Positions 40,101-51,821 of a DNA stretch of 64,000 bases are shown here, in pieces (position 1 is the stretch's first letter; each line of letters begins with the position of its first letter). Position numbers and translations under genes: made by a program. The notes under the pieces are model-generated. The model did no database searches. It was given only the letters and a program-made list of their open reading frames with translations, and had not been told where the DNA came from. The DNA comes from Balanoglossus misakiensis (taxonomy: Eukaryota; Animalia; Hemichordata): positions 248,001-312,000 of the forward strand of contig CM082576.2 of the NCBI GenBank assembly GCA_040954595.2, in the 5' to 3' direction.

Positions 40101-43100
40101 TGTCCACTTCGAATAGGAAATCAGGGCTCTTCCAACAAAGACATGACTGTGAGTTGGTTTTGCCTACAGAAAGGGCGCCATTCAAAAGGGACCTTGTTGT
40201 ACAAAATGGCACCTGAATGGGCGCGAGGACCACAATAAAGTTTCATTCGGTTCTGGTCTGACCATCGCTATGGCAGCATTGTGCTTTTTTCACCGCTACA
40301 CAACACTTTTCTGTTGCTATGATAATAACCGCCACAACGACACCGTGCCGTGGCTGTTAAAATCTCACCGAGAGTCTAAACCTGCCCATGTACATGCAGG
40401 GGGAGATATTGCTCTCAATTGCTTACATTGTAGAGACCGCGTACAACCGCTCAGCCATGGGCCTCTAAGCTTACACTTTCTTTACTTTGCTTTCTCAACG
40501 ACTGTGTGCCCAAACACTTAATATATTTGCAAGGAATCGCTATCCCTTGACCCCTAAGCTATTTCGCCTTGTGACCCCTTAATACATCTCGACGTGCCAT
40601 CACGTGGATCGAAATCTCGTGCGTAGCCAGGGTTCGAGTTCCCGCCAATATTCACACTTCAGCTTAGCAGAAGGAAACTCTTACAGGTGGCCACTGGCCG
40701 CTGGCGAGTTTCATGCGAACTTCTCTTCAAAGAATGCTTCTGAAAAGAAAGTGGTAGAAAATGACAGTGATTGACAGTTCAGGACGGGGGTTTAGCCCCG
40801 GGGCAAGGGTAGACGAGACGCGCACTCGAATAAAAGGCAACAGGAAAAACAAAAATTCCTTCCGACTAAGGCCCCATTTTGATTGAAATCAGAAGAAGTG
40901 TGCGTGCTTCTGTTAATGTACATTCTCCGACACGCTCTTTTAATTGCAGCTCTGAAAGCGGGGTGGAGAATACTTAAGTCTTAGGCTACAGATTGAAATA
41001 AAGAAAAGGGCGAATTAGACTCCAAATAGCAGACGTCTTTCACTTGCAGCTACTTGCAAAGAGACCTCACAATATCTTAGAATCTATCTCTCTCTCTCCC
41101 CCCCCCCCTCTCTCTCACTCTCCTCCCCCTCACTCTCGCGAGCGCGACACAGGAACCCCGTCTCCTGGAAAATAATGTAAATGTGGCATTGGTCTGTTTA
41201 TATGTATCCCGTGTTTGTTGTCATACATACAAAATAAAAAGACTGGGACCAAACAGATCTATTAGCGAGGTAAACACCCACTTCAAACATCTGCTGTATT
41301 CGATGTAGGGAATAACGTGTGGCGTGAACGTGTATTGTAAATTTTCACTACAAATTTTTGGACCACTTCACATCGAAGGGACGTGTAAATTGCAACTCTG
41401 CTCGTTTCGACGACATGCTCTCAGAGAAACAAAATCTCTCTCCCATAATCAGTTATGAAATCTTATTTGCCAAACAAACAGTGCCTTTTAGAGAAGCAAG
41501 ACGTTCAATTAAAAAAAGAACTGAGCCCTTCTCCTAAACGCGTATACCTCACAATACCAACAATGGCCAACCATTAGAGACATTAGCATATTCACCAATT
41601 AAAACGAGTCCCCCTACTTTTACGTACAAACAAACCCGGCATAAAGCGGTTACCACCCGCTGGTCACGTACTTGAGATTTCCCCCCAAACGCCCTTATAA
41701 TTTCAAAAGTTGCTAGCAATGGAGCCCTGGTTGAATCTCGTCTGGTCTTGTCTTGCCCACGTGCTCTGCAGATTGGCCCCTATGTCTCAATCCATTTTTC
41801 ACGCAAGCATGGCCATTTAGGCCTGCAAGAATGGAAACGTCACTTGAAATCAACATCACCATGACAAAGGGATACAAATGACTGTACCGCATTTTCAGAC
41901 CATAAAGATTGAAGGACGAATTTCGTTACAAAACCTTTTCGTGTGTCAAATATGACTACATCATGGAACAGAATTCATAGTACCAAGCCAATCTTTTGGC
42001 AAAAAAAGGCTAATACAACGTTAACACTATTAATTGAACGTGAATTTAAAAATAAAAATTGGCGTTGTTTTTGTCCTCTGTCATAAAAGAGTACCTAAGC
42101 TCACTTCATGCCATCATCATTATTCGATTTCATGATTTATCACATTTGCAAGAAAGATTTGTTTTCAGTTCTTGCACACTGCCTTACACTCTTTCACGTC
42201 TGATTGTGTCTATATTATTACATGTACATACGAAGACAAGTACACCGTACCTAATTATCGGACGTTACCTCGAAGCCGTTTCAAAATGTGCTCAATCGTA
42301 GTTTTCTTTTAATTTTCAAAATGCAAACTGAAATCCTTATTATATGTTGCGTTTTTTTTATGGAAAAGCAAGATTAAATACTTTATCTTTTTTATTCCAA
42401 AGTATTGCGGTACAAATATTCTGGTAAGAAACGCGGCAGCAATGTGACCTCATGGTGCCAGAGGCTAATAACTGCATTTAACGCCCAATTAGAGATGGGC
42501 GTTTACGCTACGAACAACAACGTTGGCGGGTGGCTGGGCAGTCACTTCTTTGCTACAAACCACTTTCGCTGTGTGATGGCGAACATAACTTTAGCAATCC
42601 ACCAATTGCAATTTCCACGGCGGTGAGGTCGTATATTTTTATCAGTTAAAGTTTTACAGTCAGCTGTTCCTTAGCTCTTTTTCCAAATGGCCGGACCCTA
42701 ATAAAAGCCTTTCTCGTTGTCATGGTCTTCAAGGAGTTTAAATTTAATTGCGATGTTATTGCTGACTTCCAGGGAACTTAATCACGAGAATACGAGAATT
42801 AACTGTTTCCTCTAGCCAACGATAATGTCCAAAATACACGTTGTCGACGAAAGTGCATTTCATGAGCGTTCAAAACGGGACGTGGATTTTTTCTCGGCTC
42901 GGTGTCACGTAGATATTTACTTCCGGTGGAGTCAGGGTTGCCCAGCCCAGGGTAACAGTCTAAAAATACTTATCTCTCAATTTCATTTTGAATATTTCAT
43001 TTCCTCTGAATGAAGTGGTTATAGGCAAATAGAGTGGAAAACAAAGGCAGCGCTTCGCCGCAAACGTTTTCCGTGCAAGCGATCGTCTAAACTTGACAGC

Positions 43101-45415
43101 GGCTCGGCACACGACGTTAGATTCATTTCCGAGAATGACAGTGACATTGAACTACAGCCGGGTTATTCTAGAAAGAGAAAATACTACAAGTATCTGTTCA
43201 TCAACATTATTGCGGAATTTGGGAAATGCATTTTCCTGCAAAGTGCAATATAAATCCTTCTCCATACTTGTTGGCATATTTTCTAATAATCCAATGGAGC
43301 AGAATTCGCTTTTAACCTTGTTCAGAACGAGTTACTGAAAGTATGTAAATCTTCCAAAATTCACTCAGGACAGTATGAGTACTTCGACTTTTTTGAACAA
43401 GCTCTTTAATTCTTGTTTTGACCACAAACTGATCTCGATAGCACTCGATTCCTAATGATCTTTGCAGAAGGGTGATAATTTGCAGCCTGCTTGATGACGG
43501 TACATAAAGCTAACTCTGGAGCGCATGACGAATGGTGAATCGCAGTACGGCAACTAAACTCGCAAGGTACTGAATAATTTCTGCCCGAGTCTTCCGGTGA
43601 CCTAATTGTTGGTACATTCACCAGAAGACCATCTCATTGAAATGTTTATTTTCCACGGGACCTTTTGAGATCCTTGGTGGTCATGTAGACCATACCAAGT
43701 ACCTGTCGCCAAATTTCCCGCAGTTTTCCTCTGCCGATTTCAGTCCCCATACGAATAAACCCCCAAATCAATCAAAATGTTAAACTTCGAACTAAAAAAC
43801 AATTACAAAACAAAAACAAACCGATGTTAGAATTGCACGTGCCAGTATCTTTTGTCAAACCTAGACGTATTTTCCCGCATTATCATTGTCTAAATTTGCC
43901 AACCGGTCCGCAAGAACGGCGTTGTTATCATACCCGGCCAGTTGTTTGAGCTTTCTACAATGATTTGTGTACTGATTTATTTTACTTCAACAAGTGAGGC
44001 TGAAAACATACAACGGCCACAAAGCAGGTTAAACTGATCAAACCCGGCGTTTACACGGAGGCGTTTGCTGAGGCATCCGTTGTTAATTTATATGTCAGTA
44101 AGTATGCACATAGAACTTCCATAGTCTGGCGACGTATGCGGTCTTGCTTTTATCAAAACAATTTCTTTCTTTTAATTCACTTTTGGGGCAATGCCTTATC
44201 AGACGTCTCGGTACGAGATCTCCGAACGCGATGCCCCGTCGGACTAACGGGACGGGGACCTACTTTTGCAGCAGGTGACAAAACAGTCCGGGTATTGACT
44301 TCATATCTTGCATGCGTATGTGCGTCTTTCTGAAGTGTCAACTCTGCAATACGCCTGATAGCTGTCATCATCCTGACCAATCTTCAAGTGGAGATAAAGG
44401 CAGCGAAAAAAGGCCCAGCTAACATGGAGTGCGACGGCGGTACTGGGAACTGAATGGCCCGGTTTGGGGAAATCGCTGGCGGGTTATAAAAACAAACTGT
44501 TTGAGAAAACTCCGGGGTACAAACAAGTCGATAATTTTCGCCCAAAGCGATGGTTTTACATCTGTTTGCTGCGCTGTGGACAGAAGACGGCTAACAATGG
44601 CGTTCGCACACACTCCGTTGAAAAGCTGGGTTCCCTAAAACAGCACACATAAAACATGTCTTATGCGCTCTGCTAATAGACAGTACCCCTTACAAATTAA
44701 TATACTACTCTATCGAGTGGGAAAAGGTGCATAACGTACTTTTCATTCGAGAAGCTCAAATCTCGTAATATTGTTTAATATTTATATAAAAAATCCCCAG
44801 TTTTTATTAGGCAGCGTGAACAACAAAAGCTCTTTCCCTGGAGGGAAAACACACAAATATTTGAGATGAGATGGCCAAAAGTGGAACGCACAATAAATAT
44901 GAAATCCTATTCGCTAAAATCAATTGCAGCATAAAACGGACATGAAATCCGACATGCCTTACATGGCCATCAAAATTTTCTTTATTAAAAAGTGTTATTC
45001 TTGTAGTTCATTTCTTGAGCGTCCTTTCTCCATTGTTTCACAGTTTTATTGTGTGCCGTTCGATAATAATGAGTAGCTGCTAAAATTTTAATGAAGCTTC
45101 GTTTAATAATAAATCATACTCTACTGGCGTTTCTTTCAGCAGTTGACTAATGATATCGTATGTAAGTTATTGATTCAATATTGCCGTTGCATGTAGAGGC
45201 GTCTCGAATGACAATCTTTTACAAACTCCCTCTATTGCAACCAGTGAGAGATGTAGATTGGCATATGTCGCTCAGAGATAGAGGGAGGAGGGGGAGAGAG
45301 AGACAAAGGGGAGGGGTGCCAATACATTTATGAAGTCTCCTTACAAGTAGCAGAACATAAAAGAAGTCTGATGTTTCGAGTCTAAATTGTACAAAGTTGT
45401 ACATTGAACGAATTT

Positions 45416-45543
45416 ATCACCATCACCATTATCAATATCACCATCATCGATATCATCATCATCATCATCATCATCACCACCACCACCATCATCATCACCA
45501 CCACCACCACCACCACCACCACCACCATCATCATCATCACCAT
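45416..45543 (+). repeat. Compound (CAT)n/(CAC)n trinucleotide microsatellite
   Basis: Directly visible; lies at the CpG transition. Confidence 0.95.
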
Positions 45544-46510
45544 GCAATCACAATGCAATGAAACACAAAGATTCAAATTCCCTCAGGGAGACAGTCGTCT
45601 GCTGTTACCCTCATGGTCACTATATGTGTATAAGTCATGTTTAGTACATGATTTTACATCATAGATTAAGATTTAAAAAAAAAGAATTTAAACTGGTCTT
45701 TTGCATCACAGAAACAAGAACAGAAATGTCTTTGTTAAAGCAGGTGAGAATAAAAGTTTTAGGAAGCCACTATCACAATGCATGCACCCCTTTTTCCTTG
45801 TACATGGGTCAAAATTAACCACTGATGACAGAGGGAGTATTCCAAAATGTAGCCATGAATGAGGATCAGCTGAGAAAGCAAGTGAATGTATCAGAGTATA
45901 CTTAGGGTCAAGGTGACCCATGCATATCACCCCAAATATCACAAACACACATTTCGGACGTTCACCAAACTGAAATAATGGATCAACTGAAAAACAAACA
46001 TGACCTGACCTCTGCATGCATGACAGTTATTTTTCACACCTTTGTGCTTGAGTGAATGCAAGGTTAAATATCTAATTTTCAACCAAAGCATGAACTCTCT
46101 ATAAATTTCTTTCTTTCAATCAGTTTACAAGGGCATGATTCTAAACTGGTCAGCTTCTATTCATTTACAGTGACAGAATAACCCTATATTGAACACCTGT
46201 GCCAAACAAGGCCATTGTACTAAGAGGAGATGGACGGAAGCAACCAGGTAAAACTTTGAACATAAATTACAATTTTTAACAGTTTGAAAAAAAATCAAAG
46301 AATAATTGTCATAAACCCTCCATATATATTATCAATTATCTTTCAATTACTTCAAAGAAAAAAAGAAAGTAAGGAAGTAATATTAAATACACACAAAATA
46401 CATGCATACTATAATGAAACTTTAAATACATGTAGCAATATTTACAAGAAGTTTGGTAATATGTTAAATTAAGCATCGTACATCATTTTTTTCTGTTCAA
46501 CTTTGCCATT

Positions 46511-46563
<53 letters not shown>
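46511..46563 (+). repeat. (ATCA)n microsatellite
   Basis: Directly visible. Reverse complement of the (GATT)n tail type seen at 58389, so possibly a relic LINE/SINE tail. Confidence 0.95.
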
Positions 46564-46663
46564 CAAAATTATTGCATAAGAGAACAATCATCTGGTGATA
46601 ATGCAACAAGAATACATGATGATATGAATTTGTTGTTGAAGTTTTGCTAGTTGGTTATTACAG

Positions 46664-46669
46664 TTTATT
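46664..46669 (-). terminator. Candidate proximal polyA signal (AATAAA) of mipol1
   Basis: TTTATT on + about 160 nt past the stop codon. More distal minus-strand AATAAA at about 45045-45050 and 44981-44986 are alternatives. Confidence 0.4.
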
Positions 46670-46825
46670 GGTAGGGTACTCTTTGGCCTCAGCACAATTC
46701 ACGAATTTGTTTGATTAAATTTATCTCAGCAACACTGGAGCTGGTGACATGTTTCTCTGAGTGGCCGTTCATTGCAGCACCAGTCCCACTGCAGCACTCA
46801 ACAGCCACTCACGCTTTGCTCTATC

Positions 46826-46892
46826 TCAGCTGACTATCTTTGGTGAGCCTTCCGCCAACTTCTTCCTCAAGACATTGACCAGCCTCTCTAAC
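46826..46892 (-). CDS. mipol1: MIPOL1 orthologue, terminal coding exon (67 nt including TGA)
   Basis: Acceptor ttttctggtacctcag. Encodes (K)LERLVNVLRKKLAEGSPKIVS*, matching the MIPOL1 C-terminus KLERLVDVLRKKVG. The phase fits the preceding exon exactly (AA+G = Lys). Confidence 0.92.
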
Positions 46893-49776
46893 CTGAGGTA
46901 CCAGAAAACATACAAATATTACAAAACGAGGTGAGCTTACAGGTCAAAGGTCAAAATCAGCACCTGCAATTTTGGTTGTTGTTATATATGCGTAGGAAAG
47001 GATTTTGGTAGCTAAATACACTGAGAGGCAACTTCAGCTATTTTGGCCACATGGTTATTTGTGCCCCGAGAGACGTTTATGCTTCCCTACACAATAAAAA
47101 AACAGCACATTGAATGCCTGTTTTCCATTTAACAGAAGCACCTCTGTTGGTCAACATCCATGTGCTTTATCATTGAAAACAGCAGAAAGTGTTAAGTGGA
47201 ATATTCACACCTTTTTTGTGCTCTAATGAAAAATAAACAACAGCATCATTTGCAATGGGGTGGAAGCATGACCTTGTCACTTGACAATAGTCTTGAATGC
47301 GTAAAAATCTTTTGTTCACAGCTCACAATACTACTAAAACCTCCAAACCACAAAAATACTTTCATCAATTTTTCTTTCCCTATTCCATTTCCCTACTTGC
47401 TTTCACCCCACTTGCATGTCCAACTATCGAGCCATTCATCAACTGACAGATGTCGACTTGCAGCCAAACACACACTATGCACCATTCCATTTCATTCTAT
47501 TATGTTTCTTCCCTGTTTTTAGAGACAATATTTTTCTTGAACTGCCAGCAATAGGCAAAAAAGATGAGAGTACACCTTTTCAGTGAGACAGAACCCCGAA
47601 CAATGTGCTAGCTCCTTGCTCATTTCACAAACCATACACACGTTGCCTGCAGAAGTCCCCAGGCATGCTAATGTATTCTCTCTCTTTTTTTTTCTTTTGG
47701 GATTTTTTGTGATGGTAGGCTGTGGTTGGACTGTCTGCTCTATATATTTCTATCAGACAATGGGCAGCCCATTGTGCAATCGTAATATGTACTGGTAGCC
47801 CAGGACCAACACTCCACATTGCACGCCACACATTTTCCAAATATACAAACTGGAAATTTGTTTGCAAAGTGTTCATCATCACTGACATTTGAAAGTCCTT
47901 CCCACATTACACATTTCTCCTACTTTTTTGTCAAAATGGAATATTGTTATGACTTTTTGGGGTTGAGGAAACCCACAATTTGTAGCAACTACTAAAATGG
48001 CCACACAGTGAGTTAAGTCCAGAACTGTTGCCATTTCACAAAGTTGATATAGAGTGGCTTGTTTTGAAAAGAAAGAAAACGTATACCCATGTCAGATTTT
48101 TTGTTACTCTCCCAAACCCACCACTATATGGTTTTGTGGTTCAATCCTATTGTTTTCAATGGTATGGGAGGATCCATACAGAGGCATATAGGGTTGAACA
48201 GTGAATTGAATTCCTCCATAGCTTTGTGGTATTTGAGGGGAAGGGACGGGCAGACAACTTGTAAAGAAATAGAAAGCTGTGTCATGTGAATATTGTAGGC
48301 TGTAAACAGGGGCTAGCATACCAAATGTCACAGCAATTGGATAAGCAGTTTTCATAACGGCAGAACAAATACCTATGATCCAATAATGGACAACTATCAT
48401 TGGAAACGCTCAGAATAACTGACAGTGGAACTTAAAAAATGGTGAAATAAACAAAAATCGAAAACGACAGATTTATAAGACTCAAGGATAAACAAACAAA
48501 AAAGTACATGACAAAAACACACAAAAGGAGATATTTGTGACTAGTTTAACCAAGCCTGCTTTCACATTCCTGTGTGTCCTCCTCCCAGATGATGACACAT
48601 CAGTCAATGGGGATGAGTGTATTTTTTTTTTGCAAATGAGTGCTACGCTGGGACATGAAATAAAAGCAATTAGTACCCAGCTTTCAGGATGATGTTACTT
48701 TCATCTGATACAATGATCTGGGAAGGCACTCTGTATTAACGGAAACCTGATATGCCCCGTGTAACAGTCAAGTGAACCATAGTGGGAATACGAAAGCAGG
48801 CCAGTCATCTTATGCATAGTCACACACCAGTCGCTATGCTTCACAAATTTTGCATACTGTTGGGAAAAGAAGCAGTATTGAAACCGACAGCTCTCTCTCT
48901 CTCTCGCTCTCCATTTGATTTTATTGAGAGCTTGTGTTTGTTATCACAAGCAAATAAAAAGTAGTGCTCCTTTCACAATTGGGCGGCAGTGTTTGATTTC
49001 CACAGGCTGGAAGGGCTTAAGCCAGCCAAGGTGTTGCCAATTGCAAGGACCATTTCACCAGATATTATACACAGCTTAGTAAAAACAGGTGTTCAGTGCA
49101 TATATCTCTATTATAGTGGGACAGGATGACAGCTTACGGAGGAAAGCAAGTACAGCAGGCAGCACTGGATGGGGTTTGGTGCCTCTCTTCTCATACCAGT
49201 TGTAGCAAGCATTGCTGCCACGTAGTAGCATTGCAGGACATATTGCTGTGACACAGTGGTGTTGCAGGGTACATTGCTGCAATGTTCTGGCGATGCTGGC
49301 AGAAAGGTTGGAATCTGAACAATGCTTCTTCATGAGTGTTGCTGGTGGGTTTGCTGGGTTCTAGATCTGTCTACAACTGTTGCAGGCAGAATTGCCAATG
49401 AAGTTCTAATGTCAGTTGGTCTTATAAGTATTACAGAAGGATTTGTTTGAATCCAGCAACCACCTCTCCTGCTGATAGATTTGCTGATGTCTACAATCTG
49501 TCTGCTACAGGCAGAATTGTTAACAGTTAACGTCTGTATGTGAATGTGGACAAAACTGTCAAAACCTAGCATCCATCTATAACTGCTGCAGGCAGCACTA
49601 AAAGAATACAGTTTATTATGTCTGTCTAACAGTACATCAAGTAACTCTGTTACTTTGGGTGTCTGGCCACTGTGAGCAATCATGCATCCAATTCAGTGAT
49701 TTTGTTCTGTTTTATGTGTGGCTACACTGTGTTGAAATATCTTGCTCACCCTCAGAGTAGAATGACATTTACTATA

Positions 49777-49976
49777 TACTGTAAAACCCTTTTTTTTCGC
49801 GAGTCAAAATTTTCGCGATATCGAGAGAGGCCACTGTTACGCGAGTATTAATTTTCGCGTTTTCACACATTGTTCTTTCACAACTATATGTACGAGAGTC
49901 TTTATTTTCGCGTTTTTTTGGCTCTCGCGTATTTAGCGTAAATTTAATGCTCGCGAAAATAAAGTGTTTTACTGTA
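49777..49976. mobile_element. MITE-like non-autonomous DNA transposon (Tc1/mariner-like, TA flanks)
   Basis: Imperfect terminal inverted repeats of about 27 bp: left TACTGTAAAACCCTTTTTTTTCGCGAG, right (reverse complement) TACAGTAAAACACTTTATTTTCGCGAG. TA at both ends and internal repeats of TTTTCGCG. Confidence 0.8.
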
Positions 49977-51590
49977 CACCTCCCCCCCAATGATTTTAAG
50001 ATTGTTACCTATGAACCTTTGAGTTGCACACTGCAATGGTGCCATTGTATTATATGCAGAATAACAAACACAGTCATTTCCAATACACACACAAACACAT
50101 ACACCATAATTAGGCACACTTTGAGAGCAAACAGTCCATTTACCTAATTTGTCAGTGAGACTTTCACACTAAGTGTTTACTAAACAAGGCTGTTGCACTG
50201 GACAGGGGGAAAAATGGAGGCATCTTTCTGCTTGAGATGTTTTAACAGTTGGAAACAAAGGCATGAATAGACATGAGCAGGCCATGCTGTACAACGATGC
50301 GCATGGCTGCTGAAGCCCAGTTAAACTTCCAACCTTTGGACAGGGAGGCAGTATGTTCCATGATCTATATTGTTAAGCTGTGCAAACCTATGAAATTAGA
50401 ATTCTCTGCAAGTGATAATGATGTGGACATTGTTTTAATTCATTTCTTTCCTTTGAGTGGGGGGGGGGGGGGGGGTGGGGGTTGGGGGGGGGGAGGGGGT
50501 TGCAGATACAGTTAAGGATGAATGGAAGAAATAGGTTAGTTTTCAGGCTTCCATACTCATCCCCTTTACTTTAACACTTGCTTTCAGTTTTCTTTTTTGT
50601 TTTGTTAAAAAAGTGAAATGAGCCAGAGGAGCGCCCTACTGACGCCAAGTCATGTCAAGTGAGTTTGGCTAGGTCAAACACAACTTACATAACTCTATCA
50701 CTTTTGCTAATTAAGCTTGATGGGAATAAGAAATTTAATGCACACTCCATCATGGTGGCTGGCCAGATTAGCAACAAGAGTGACAGGTTGTTAGCTTTCT
50801 TTTGGACTACTCTTTTTTTTCTGGTGGGCATTTCAAGAAAGCTTTTATCTACCCGATAATGACAATTTTTCTCCATTAATTAAAACCTCTAAGTTAAGCA
50901 AACAGACAGACTGCTAAACACACTCACCCACCCTCTCTTTAAAACTCTACTAACAAAACCAAACCCATTCTTTTGGAAATACCAAACAGCCAAAGCCATT
51001 ACTACAATTTTTCTCCAAACGGCTGATAAAATCATCATCATCATCATCACACTAAAGGACTGTCTCTGCTAAATTTTTCTCCAATTTCTTCTCTACAAAG
51101 TGAATTCAATTACAAAAGCTGATGTTACTTGTTGGAATAAGTTGTCATGCAACTACAAAGGTTTCAAACTTTGAACTTATTCAATACTAACTTGGATTCA
51201 TTCAATTTGTTAAATCCTGGTATGAATGTGAATTGGCGGTCACTAAGACACTGGTCAGTCGTGTAATTGTCACCAAATCTGTGACAGCCGCAAATTTGTC
51301 ATCCATGTGACACTTTCCTCTGTGGGAACTTTATATTACTGCGACACCCACATTCACTGATGTGCAACAACCAGAAACCTGTCATTTTTGCAACAATGGC
51401 AATCCTCCTTGTAACAACTACAAAGGTGTCATTTTTGCGACACTTTCATTGACAGGATGATAATCACAAACACATCATTTCAGATCGTCACTGAAAATGA
51501 CTGCCACTGAGTTATCATCTCTGTCAGTGACAGCGGCCATGACTCAGTGATGTCACCACATTTCTGACCATCACTGAAGACAGCACTTAC

Positions 51591-51821
51591 TTGGCTGATT
51601 TCTCATTGGCCTCTGCCTGCATATGCAAGGCCTGCTGGTACTGAGTGGACATGGCATTCTTCTCGGCTATGGCTTGCTGCAGCTGCCCAACCAGATCATT
51701 CCTGTCCTGCTGTGTTTTCACCAAATACTCATCCCTCACTTTGATCTGGTCTTCAAAACTGCCCAGGGTGTTGTTGAATTGGTCTCGCAGGTTTTGTTCT
51801 TGTGACAGCGACTTGTGAAGG
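51591..51821 (-). CDS. mipol1: MIPOL1 orthologue, penultimate coding exon (231 nt, phase 2 to 2)
   Basis: Acceptor ccttttattttgaaacag-like tract and donor AA|GTAAGT. Encodes (S)LHKSLSQEQNLRDQFNNTLGSFEDQIKVRDEYLVKTQQDRNDLVGQLQQAIAEKNAMSTQYQQALHMQAEANEKSA(K), matching the MIPOL1 motif SLHKSLSQEENLKDQFN. Not called in the ORF track because the frame lacks an early ATG. Confidence 0.93.

Noticed and set aside
40631-40643. tRNA B-box-like GGTTCGAGTTCCC
   Set aside because: No A box or cloverleaf around it; not a supportable tRNA or SINE.
45341-45664. Poly-Gly/Asp, poly-Val/Met and poly-Thr/Ile ORFs
   Set aside because: Produced by the CAT/CAC microsatellite.
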